Shown: positions 9,401-16,961 of the stretch, piece by piece
Numbering within the stretch: position 1 is the stretch's first letter
Layout of the letters: each line of letters begins with the position of its first letter
DNA from: an uncultured virus (IMG/VR IMGVR_UViG_3300002835_000135)
Lineage: Duplodnaviria; Heunggongvirae; Uroviricota; Caudoviricetes
DNA: 20,000 bases
IMG/VR virus record: IMGVR_UViG_3300002835_000135
Direction: 5' to 3' (one strand)
Position numbers and translations under genes: made by a program
Notes under the pieces: model-generated
Databases searched by the model: none
What the model was told of the DNA's origin: nothing
The model's input: only the letters and a program-made list of their open reading frames with translations

Positions 9401-9489
9401 AAAAAAGGGATGTGAGTAGCGAATTCACATCCCAACGGGATTAGTAACTAGTCCCGGCCCTAAGTCCGGTCTTCAAACCGGAGGTATCT
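9401..9489 (-). ncRNA. Three-hairpin structured element ending in an intrinsic terminator (candidate ncRNA or cis-regulatory RNA)
   Basis: Stems at 9465-9482, 9437-9455 and 9407-9433. The last is followed by T6 on the minus strand. GC-rich in an AT-rich context. Confidence 0.5.
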
Positions 9490-10026
9490 TTAATCTCTTC
9501 CAAATCTAACACTATAACCTACTGATTTTCTACCAGTACACCAATCGGTTACGTTCCTTATAATATGGATTCCAAATATTGAAAGAATTCCGTTTAAAAT
9601 CAATAAGAATAAAAACCCATAAAGAAAAATTACAAATCCAAGTGGCATTTGAATTCCTATTACAGTGTATAAGGTTCCAGTAAACGCTTGTTCGTTCTGT
9701 TGTTGTTTTGACTGATTCTTTAAATCTTTAAGTTGTTTTTTTGCTTGTTTTAAACCATCTATGTCTCTAGCTTTTACCATTTCCTTTACCTTTACTTTAA
9801 ACTCTTCAAACTTTTGTTTGTGTTCGTTAGTGGTATCTGTTGGTAATTCTATACTATCTGGGCTAGTACACGCAACTTCTTGAAGTTCATCAGGCGTAAG
9901 GTCTTCTTCCGCTTTCTCATTAAATTCTTGAGTTGCTTGTTGCAACATAGCCATTTGTTGATCATCTTCATTGATGTTCATCATTGACTTAATTCTACCG
10001 ATTTGTTCGTTAAGAGTTTGTTTCAT
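9490..10026 (-). CDS. Protein with leader and C-terminal transmembrane segment
   Basis: Start re-called at 10026 (MKQTLNEQIGRIKSMMNINE). Hydrophobic stretch LGFVIFLYGFLFLLILNGILSIFGIHII. Confidence 0.8.
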   Translation of the reverse strand: MKQTLNEQIGRIKSMMNINEDDQQMAMLQQATQEFNEKAEEDLTPDELQEVACTSPDSIELPTDTTNEHKQKFEEFKVKVKEMVKARDIDGLKQAKKQLKDLKNQSKQQQNEQAFTGTLYTVIGIQMPLGFVIFLYGFLFLLILNGILSIFGIHIIRNVTDWCTGRKSVGYSVRFGRD

Positions 10027-10603
10027 TTTCTTCTTCTTTTTCTTTTTTTCTTCTTGCCATGACAATGTCATATGTTAAGTTTGCTTTTTCTTTTTCATAT
10101 TCAACAAACTTAGGGTTTATATCTTCAACAGCAATTATTTCAATATTATCTAGGTATACGGATAATTCTTTATAATTATACCCCATATCACTACTGCGCC
10201 AAAAATCTGATTTATCGATTTCCTCGGTTTTCATATGCACATATGGTCTCGGTGGTTCATCTTGTGAGTAATGTATATAAGGAAATAACCAACCAATCTC
10301 TCCAGCATTTTCAGCATCCCTTTTTGATGGTTGACCTTGAGCATCCACATTCTTAACACGAACCTTAGTTTCCATAAACCCAAATGTCCCACCGTTTTGT
10401 TTGTACCATTCTATTGGTGTAATTCTGTCAGTATCATTAACCATAATGTCCAATGATATTTTTTCTTTTGCTGGAAGGTCATTATAATGTGCCCCTTGAT
10501 CTAATTTAGATAGCGCTGAATCTAAATATTGATTTTCAGTATCTTCATTCAAACCCATCATGGATTTGATTCTAGATACCTGCTCGTTAAGGGTTTGCTT
10601 CAT
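10010..10603 (-). CDS. Hypothetical protein with leader
   Basis: 197 aa. Leader MKQTLNEQVSRIKSMMGLNE is nearly identical to that of the downstream gene. Confidence 0.8.
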   Translation of the reverse strand: MKQTLNEQVSRIKSMMGLNEDTENQYLDSALSKLDQGAHYNDLPAKEKISLDIMVNDTDRITPIEWYKQNGGTFGFMETKVRVKNVDAQGQPSKRDAENAGEIGWLFPYIHYSQDEPPRPYVHMKTEEIDKSDFWRSSDMGYNYKELSVYLDNIEIIAVEDINPKFVEYEKEKANLTYDIVMARRKKEKEEENETNS

Positions 10604-10628
10604 GTTAAATAAATATCTTTATATAAAT

Positions 10629-10656
10629 AAAAACCCCGATATCGCTATCAGGGTTT
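10629..10656 (-). terminator. Intrinsic terminator
   Basis: Minus strand ACCCTGATA-GCGA-TATCGGGGT plus T-run, downstream of 10665..11579. Confidence 0.85.
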
Positions 10657-10664
10657 AGGTTATT

Positions 10665-11579
10665 TTAGTATTTCTTTGCTTTTATAAATTTATTACCTTG
10701 GTCCGTAGGGTCGTCGAATGAAACTTGATCCTGTGACAAACCAAAACGTTCTCTAACTTTTTGAACCATATATGAATTATACCCTTGTCTTCTTGCTTTG
10801 GGGTTAACGGTCATCATATCAATATAAACAATGTTCTTTTCCTCATCGTACCAACCCTTAATAACTCCGATTAAATGTTCGGAACCTTTATGTCGTTTTT
10901 GATAATCTTTTGACCATATTTTGGTTAATAGATTCTGACCGCCAATTCTCATGGGTCCGCTCGGTGGAAAAAACACGGCATCAAATTCTCTGTTGTTTAA
11001 TTTCTCCTGTGCATCTGGAATATCATAAAGCCAAGCGTATACGGTTCCCTTTTCAAATATAAAACTTCTATCACTTTCTTCAACATAAATGATAGGTTGT
11101 TGCATAACATTTTCAGATATGAGTTTTCTCTCGGTAATATGTTCGTCGTTCCATTTACCGTGTTTATGGTGTGTATAAATTTCGTCAAGTATCTCGGTAA
11201 TCCTATTATTGATGTATTTGTCGTTGGTAAACATATCAATGAACATTTCATCCAACGGTTTCTCTTCTGGATATAATTGAACGATTTTATCAATGTACCA
11301 ATTCTCAACCCATCCAAGATCCTCAACATAATGTCCGTTTTCAGAATCTCTATTATCCCCGCCGGTGGTGAAATCAACGTACATCATGAACTCGTTTCTA
11401 TTAGGACTTTCAATATCACCATCTTCGCTGGTTATCATCATCACTTCTGTGGATGCGCCATCTGGCATGTGCCACTCAACATCATCTGTGTCATAAATGA
11501 ATTCTGTCGCATATTCTGACTTCTCCTCATTTTCGACCAATAACTTTTTTAACTGTGACTCGGTTATTACTATTTTCAT
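10665..11579 (-). CDS. Acidic domain fused to a GNAT-like acetyltransferase, with N-terminal and internal [LIV]xE sites
   Basis: C-terminal VYIDMMTVNPKARRQGYNSYMV...PTDQGNKF fits GNAT motif A. Leader MKIVITESQLKKLLVE. Internal HITERKLISE separates the two domains. Confidence 0.65.
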   Translation of the reverse strand: MKIVITESQLKKLLVENEEKSEYATEFIYDTDDVEWHMPDGASTEVMMITSEDGDIESPNRNEFMMYVDFTTGGDNRDSENGHYVEDLGWVENWYIDKIVQLYPEEKPLDEMFIDMFTNDKYINNRITEILDEIYTHHKHGKWNDEHITERKLISENVMQQPIIYVEESDRSFIFEKGTVYAWLYDIPDAQEKLNNREFDAVFFPPSGPMRIGGQNLLTKIWSKDYQKRHKGSEHLIGVIKGWYDEEKNIVYIDMMTVNPKARRQGYNSYMVQKVRERFGLSQDQVSFDDPTDQGNKFIKAKKY

Positions 11580-12370
11580 ATTAAATTAAATCTTTGTTTA
11601 AGGTATTGCATAACATCACCAAACTTATCGAATGATTCTCTTTCTTCTTCGCCAAGATCATAGAAACTTAATTCCAACTGATACATTTTATACCCATGGT
11701 CGTGATATAAGTCAAGATATACAACACCAAATTCTGTATTTGCTATCGCGTCTGTTGACCCATTTAAACCACCGTATTCATCAATCTCAAATGCTCTATC
11801 CCATCTCCAATAATCATTCTCATCACTATCGTTGTTAACCACCTCTAGGAAATCAAGCATAATCTCTTTCATATCCTTATTGTTATCAAACACTTCAGGA
11901 TATATGGTTTTCATATAAACCTCAATATTACCGAATCTATCCTTGTCAAAATTTGCATCAGGATATTTGTTGTTTAAGAATCTGAAATAAGTTTTCATTC
12001 TGATTGGATCGATGAATGGTAGGTTGCTATCCGTTTCACCTCTCGCGCCACTGAATACGATTTTCTTAATTCTGTATTTAACAACCGCTTCTTTAACAAT
12101 TGCGTCAACGGTATATAGAACGGTATTCAAATGCTTTACATCTTTTCCTGTTCTATAAGTGGAGTCGTTTTCGCCAGCAACACCAAAGCCAAGTTCATAC
12201 ACTTGTTTATCTTCGGTTCCAAGTAGTGTCACGACGTATTCAATATCGCCAACATTAAAAGAATAATCTAGTCGACTACCTCTTTCGGTTGTCAGTGTAT
12301 AGGGTTGCACCTCATATTCCAATAAAACTCTGTCAGATAAGATGCTTTCAATTAGCGCTTTAAATTTCAT
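11576..12370 (-). CDS. Hypothetical phage protein (DUF6934-like N-domain) with leader
   Basis: YELGFG...TGKD...VLYTV..IV...IVFSG...R..Y pattern. Leader MKFKALIESILSDRVLLE. Family call is tentative. Confidence 0.5.
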   Translation of the reverse strand: MKFKALIESILSDRVLLEYEVQPYTLTTERGSRLDYSFNVGDIEYVVTLLGTEDKQVYELGFGVAGENDSTYRTGKDVKHLNTVLYTVDAIVKEAVVKYRIKKIVFSGARGETDSNLPFIDPIRMKTYFRFLNNKYPDANFDKDRFGNIEVYMKTIYPEVFDNNKDMKEIMLDFLEVVNNDSDENDYWRWDRAFEIDEYGGLNGSTDAIANTEFGVVYLDLYHDHGYKMYQLELSFYDLGEEERESFDKFGDVMQYLKQRFNLI

Positions 12371-12412
12371 AACAAATAAATATATAAGTGGCGCAGCCCC
12401 GCGCGCGATTTT

Positions 12413-12604
12413 TTAAATTATAGGGGTATAGTTAATCTTATCGAAATACTCGGCAACCTTATCCTCAAGGAATTTCATTCGGTCGCTCTCTCCGGAAATG
12501 GAATCGTATTTTTTATAACCCTTAATAAAGATTTCAAGCCCATCTCTTTCAATCTGTTCTAACATTGTCTCAATCGACGGTAGTATGCAACTATTAAATC
12601 CCAT
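12413..12604 (-). CDS. Small hypothetical protein (63 aa), no leader
   Basis: ORF fills the gap on the coding strand. ATATTTAT motif at 12610-12617 upstream. Confidence 0.7.
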   Translation of the reverse strand: MGFNSCILPSIETMLEQIERDGLEIFIKGYKKYDSISGESDRMKFLEDKVAEYFDKINYTPII

Positions 12605-12606
12605 AA

Positions 12607-13128
12607 TTAATAAATATAATCTTGGTCCGGATATCGACCGACATAAACATTAGGATAATTAAACCCTTTCGGATTCATTTTAAATAACTGGATAACTCGG
12701 TGCCAACCTTCGCCAAGCTCGTACTTGTCGGGTTCGTTCGCGGATATGAATAGGATTATCGGCTCGGTAATTCCTTTTGTTTGTATTAACGCCTTTTGTC
12801 TCTCGTGTCTTACTTCATCGTTTGGCGCCTGATGGCTACCAATGTCACCTCCTAGGCGTTTCTCGAGGCGTTCTCGGGTGGTCTTATCGAACATATCCAT
12901 CTGAATGGGAAAGTCCTTCTTATAGGTCCATTCAATGGTTTTATAGCGATTGTAATAAAAGAAGTCGGTTGTCCCTGGGACATTAAAGGTTGTGCTGTAT
13001 CTAAAGCCCTTATAGAAGAAATCCCGAATTATATATTCGGGAACATGTGGCAAATCCTTTTTAAGGAACGCATAGAACTTATCCCTATATTCCAAAAGTA
13101 TATTTTCTATGACGTTCCTTAATTTCAT
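12607..13128 (-). CDS. ParB/Sulfiredoxin-like N-terminal domain protein with leader
   Basis: LIQTKGITEPIIL...YELGEGWHRV matches the ParB/Srx pattern PI.V...Y.I.dG.HR. Leader MKLRNVIENILLE. Confidence 0.7.
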   Translation of the reverse strand: MKLRNVIENILLEYRDKFYAFLKKDLPHVPEYIIRDFFYKGFRYSTTFNVPGTTDFFYYNRYKTIEWTYKKDFPIQMDMFDKTTRERLEKRLGGDIGSHQAPNDEVRHERQKALIQTKGITEPIILFISANEPDKYELGEGWHRVIQLFKMNPKGFNYPNVYVGRYPDQDYIY

Positions 13129-13134
13129 AATATA

Positions 13135-13596
13135 TTAATGTGACCAGTCAAAATCGACGTTATTGTCATCAATAAACTTGACGCCACCACCTTCCCATTG
13201 TCCAATACTGAAGGTGCCACCAATATTGTATCCAAACTTACCATCTGCGTCCAATCTACATAACTTGATAAATTCTTGTTTTGCAATCTCAAGCAACTCA
13301 GGATCTAGGTCGACGTAACTATTGTCATCATTAACCTCAATATTACCCTCAGGAGTGTTAATATGACAACTTGCAATCATTTCGTTTCCAGCATCTGAAT
13401 CAAAAGCAAAATCAACACTGAAATAACCGCCACTACCATTCATTGCGAAGTAACCACTAATAGGTCTGCACATCATTCCGCCGGTACCCAGTTCATCATC
13501 CTCTTCTTCGTTCAATGGTTTCTTATAACCATGTGCTTTGTGTTTGTTGAGAATTTCTTCCTTTTCGGATTCTGTTAAATTAAAATTCTTATACAT
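13135..13596 (-). CDS. Acidic hypothetical protein with long leader
   Basis: 153 aa. Leader MYKNFNLTESEKEEILNKHKAHGYKKPLNE. Confidence 0.8.
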   Translation of the reverse strand: MYKNFNLTESEKEEILNKHKAHGYKKPLNEEEDDELGTGGMMCRPISGYFAMNGSGGYFSVDFAFDSDAGNEMIASCHINTPEGNIEVNDDNSYVDLDPELLEIAKQEFIKLCRLDADGKFGYNIGGTFSIGQWEGGGVKFIDDNNVDFDWSH

Positions 13597-13597
13597 A

Positions 13598-15649
13598 CTA
13601 CTTGGCTTCGTTAATGATTTTCTTTATTAGTTTAACCAATTCTGATTCCGTTAATTGAATTGACTCATTCATTCCACCTCTACGACCCCAACCCCGAAGC
13701 AATGGGAACATTGCTTTTTTTTCTCTTGCAATTCTTTTCTCTTCTCTTTGCGCTAACAACGCTTTCTTCTGCTCCCATGATAATGAATTTTCAGAACTAT
13801 ACTTATCCCTTCCTGTCGTCTTTGGAAAGTTAAGCGGAGCGTTTTTCTTTCTATCAGCCAATGTTTCTGATTCCATATCAGGATCTGGCGTACCATACGT
13901 TCTTAAATAATAATCCGAAGTTGGTTGCTTAGGTTCAGAAGGACGATCAAACATACCTGGTATATCATTGTAAAAATGCTGTGCCCTATCATAATCGATA
14001 TCTTTTGGACCAGAACGACCCATATCAACCATCTTATGTTTTGGTAAGTTATTTCTAGCTACAGAAAAGTCATGCAAATCTTCCCAATCATCAGGATTGC
14101 TAAACTCAGAACTAAAATTACCATTCTCCATATCAAAATCGAATGAATCCTCATCCTCATCTTCATCACTATATAGTTTGCTTAATTCCATCTCCTCATC
14201 ATCCGTATCAATCTCTTCACTCATGTTGGATTGTTGCACTTTATTATTTGACGCCAACTCAGTTGAGAAGTAATCATCAATTAATATGTTTTTAATGCTC
14301 TCGCTATAATATACCTTAGTATCACCTACAATGGTGAAAGTTCCTTTAACTCTATTAAAAACTATTATTTCGATTTGAGTTGTCGTTGAATAATTTGTTT
14401 TAGCAGAATCTGGTGTAACCCTTATTTGTAATGTATTATTATCACTATAATCAATGCCATTAACTTGAACGATAATAGACCCTTGTGATTGCGGGTTTGA
14501 TTTACCTGCTTGATATGCCGCAACAGCATCCGCTTCAATTGCATATAATGTCGCCTTCTTACCAATTAATTTATCAGATTGTTTTATGTTTTTACCAAAT
14601 TTAGGATCGGTCGGATCAATTTGGGTATGCTTTGTCGAATCGTTATATAGTGAATTCTTGGGATCAACTTTAGTTGCAGGTGTTGTCGGCTTTCCTGTTG
14701 TATTAGCAGTACTGGTTGGTGTTTTACTAGGTTTTGGTTTTGGTGCCATTGAACTAGAAGGGTATGGAATTGAGGTAGGTTCCCCTTGCTCCTGCATTTT
14801 TTTCTTACGATATCCGCCACCTAAAGAATCGTATCCGATTATCTTATCCAATTGAACATCACAATCATCATGCGGTCCGGTGAATAATACCTTGCCACCA
14901 CCTTTATACGTGTCATAACCATCAATAGTTCCACCTTTAATAATTGTGTAACCACCTGATTTAACATCTTTCATTACCGTAATAATATTTGCAGGTAGTG
15001 GGTTGTTTAAAACCGCGTGAGTATTTGATATGTTTATTTTAAAATTTCTCGCCTCTAAAGCACCTTGTTCGTATTGGTCAAATGTTTTGCCCTTAAGTGA
15101 ACCCGATTGTTGTTCATTCAATTTTAATGGTTTTTGTTTTTTAAGAAACTGAACCACTTTTGCACAAAAGTCATAGTATGTTTTACAATTTTTATTATGA
15201 ATTGTTTTATTTTTATTTTTTTGTGGAAATTTAAAAATTGCGTGAGCTTCTTCCATATAAAATTTTCCACCCATGCTCGTTGCAATTGATGCGATTGAAC
15301 TGATAATATTTTTAGGTGCTGGAGTATGTGTATAATCCCTGAGGGGTCCACTTACCGCAAGAAGGTAGTAAACTTCATCATAATCATCTACACCATGTAG
15401 ACCAAAGCCATTAACATCTTTATCCCACCATGCACTGCAATTACCACATCCATCATTCATGAAGTCAAACCCCAATTTGGATCCATACTCCATATTGCAA
15501 TAATCTGGTTCACCACCAGTTGACATATCTTCTTCTGGCGCACCACCCATTGGGACATCTTCCTTTAATGGTTTTTTATAACCGTGCATCTTATGTTGTT
15601 CCATAATCTGCTTTCTTTCTTCGTCTGTTAACTTAAAATTCTTATACAT
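13598..15649 (-). CDS. Large modular protein with N-terminal, internal and C-terminal leader-like motifs (candidate polyprotein)
   Basis: 683 aa. Leader MYKNFKLTDEERKQIMEQHKMHGYKKPLKE. Internal KPLKLNEQ, KKKMQEQ and SNMSEE. C-terminal MNESIQLTESELVKLIKKIINEAK. Confidence 0.8.
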   Translation of the reverse strand: MYKNFKLTDEERKQIMEQHKMHGYKKPLKEDVPMGGAPEEDMSTGGEPDYCNMEYGSKLGFDFMNDGCGNCSAWWDKDVNGFGLHGVDDYDEVYYLLAVSGPLRDYTHTPAPKNIISSIASIATSMGGKFYMEEAHAIFKFPQKNKNKTIHNKNCKTYYDFCAKVVQFLKKQKPLKLNEQQSGSLKGKTFDQYEQGALEARNFKINISNTHAVLNNPLPANIITVMKDVKSGGYTIIKGGTIDGYDTYKGGGKVLFTGPHDDCDVQLDKIIGYDSLGGGYRKKKMQEQGEPTSIPYPSSSMAPKPKPSKTPTSTANTTGKPTTPATKVDPKNSLYNDSTKHTQIDPTDPKFGKNIKQSDKLIGKKATLYAIEADAVAAYQAGKSNPQSQGSIIVQVNGIDYSDNNTLQIRVTPDSAKTNYSTTTQIEIIVFNRVKGTFTIVGDTKVYYSESIKNILIDDYFSTELASNNKVQQSNMSEEIDTDDEEMELSKLYSDEDEDEDSFDFDMENGNFSSEFSNPDDWEDLHDFSVARNNLPKHKMVDMGRSGPKDIDYDRAQHFYNDIPGMFDRPSEPKQPTSDYYLRTYGTPDPDMESETLADRKKNAPLNFPKTTGRDKYSSENSLSWEQKKALLAQREEKRIAREKKAMFPLLRGWGRRGGMNESIQLTESELVKLIKKIINEAK

Positions 15650-15689
15650 CTTATTTTTTTGTTTTTATATAAATATTAGATTATTTAAC

Positions 15690-16199
15690 TTATTCTCCCA
15701 TTATATGTCTAAATGCCATAGAACCGACCGTTGATATAGCACAATAATGACAACCACCCGCTGTCGCTGTTGACGCCCCACTCACAATCCCCTCACCACG
15801 ACCGGATCCATTTCCCACAAATACGTTCCTAGCTGGCACACCACTCGCAACCGCACCTCTAACAGAGGTCGTCGTTTCACCACCACTATAGGTCGGCTCA
15901 ATAATAAAAAAAGTTTTTTTGTTTACATACCCACAATTCGCAAGACCGTTTGATTTCTTGCATCCAGCACTGAATACAAACACAGGAATATATGAATGGT
16001 TCCTTAAAAATTCAATAATGTTATCCGTACTATCCGCATATGAAAACCCCTTGACATCCCCGCTAATCGCTTTCGCCAACCTGTCGACCTGACTATCCAA
16101 AGATTCCCCGTGCGTTAAACCTCCGACCAGAACCGCATCATAACTCTTCACAGGTTCGACCGGATTCTCAACCTCGGATAAAATGTCCATTAACTTCAT
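15690..16199 (-). CDS. Minimal alpha/beta-hydrolase-like protein with leader
   Basis: VLVGGL (oxyanion loop), VFSAG (nucleophile-elbow-like), FIIEP and a late His (GGCHY). Leader MKLMDILSE. Confidence 0.5.
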   Translation of the reverse strand: MKLMDILSEVENPVEPVKSYDAVLVGGLTHGESLDSQVDRLAKAISGDVKGFSYADSTDNIIEFLRNHSYIPVFVFSAGCKKSNGLANCGYVNKKTFFIIEPTYSGGETTTSVRGAVASGVPARNVFVGNGSGRGEGIVSGASTATAGGCHYCAISTVGSMAFRHIMGE

Positions 16200-16214
16200 A
16201 GTATATAAATAGGT

Positions 16215-16877
16215 TTATAAATTTATATTAATCGGGTAACCCTTGTACCCACTCAATTCTCGTACAGACCCCAATTCCCTAATAACGTGATATAATGTTT
16301 CGAATGGCACTTTTATAAATTCTTTAATTGTATTTTCAAATCGTTCTATTACCCTTTCTTTTGACATACCCGAATCATGAACATTCATGTCATATCTATC
16401 AGTAACATTTACTTTAGTTTTATCTGGTTGAATTTTTATGTTTGCGCGACCTAAAAAAAATAAGAATTGATGTGGTAAACTCATATTTACAAGATATAAA
16501 GGTGACCGTCTTTTTTCGGATGTAGAACCAAGGTCACCTCCATCCATCAATTCCCAGAAGTTATAAGTAAAAGTTTTTTCATTAGCACTTAAAGCAGCAT
16601 TTTTTAAAAATACTTTTTCTTCAGTTGTCATGTCTTTTTCTGTAAATGGCGTTGTTCTTCCAAGTAAAAAATGCGCATATGCCCTCACGTGTATTGGTAA
16701 CGCAAAACCATGTGCTGATATAACCTTGTTAAGTGCTGTTATGAATAAGTTTTCTTCATCCTTGCTAACATAGTCACTTGAATGCTTTGCTGAAATACCA
16801 GGTGCTATAGTTTTACCTTTTAAATTGAGCGACTGTTGCTCCAATATTACCCCTTCAATTACCGATAGTAGTTTCAT
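16215..16877 (-). CDS. Hypothetical protein with leader
   Basis: 220 aa. Leader MKLLSVIEGVILEQ. Contains LG....V.VTDRYDMN motif. Confidence 0.8.
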   Translation of the reverse strand: MKLLSVIEGVILEQQSLNLKGKTIAPGISAKHSSDYVSKDEENLFITALNKVISAHGFALPIHVRAYAHFLLGRTTPFTEKDMTTEEKVFLKNAALSANEKTFTYNFWELMDGGDLGSTSEKRRSPLYLVNMSLPHQFLFFLGRANIKIQPDKTKVNVTDRYDMNVHDSGMSKERVIERFENTIKEFIKVPFETLYHVIRELGSVRELSGYKGYPININL

Positions 16878-16912
16878 ATAGTATATAAATATTCCAAAAA
16901 AATTTGAGAAAT

Positions 16913-16936
16913 AAAAAACCCACCATATAGGTGGGC
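16913..16936 (-). terminator. Intrinsic terminator
   Basis: Minus strand GCCCACC-TATAT-GGTGGGT plus T-run, downstream of 16962..17225. Confidence 0.85.
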
Positions 16937-16961
16937 TCTTGTAAGATTGTGTTTTTATGTT

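Noticed and set aside
9401..9489. tRNA, pistol, hammerhead or HDV-like ribozyme
   Set aside because: No acceptor stem or T-loop. CTTAGGGCC resembles a pistol segment but its pseudoknot partner is missing. No CUGANGA/GAAA core, and the GCGAA segment is in the wrong position for HDV topology.
8595..10071. Longer starts given for 8052..8639, 9081..9428 and 9490..10071
   Set aside because: The extensions overlap neighbouring genes or promoter/terminator elements. Internal ATGs at 8594 and 10026 restore the leader, and 9368 restores the motif spacing.
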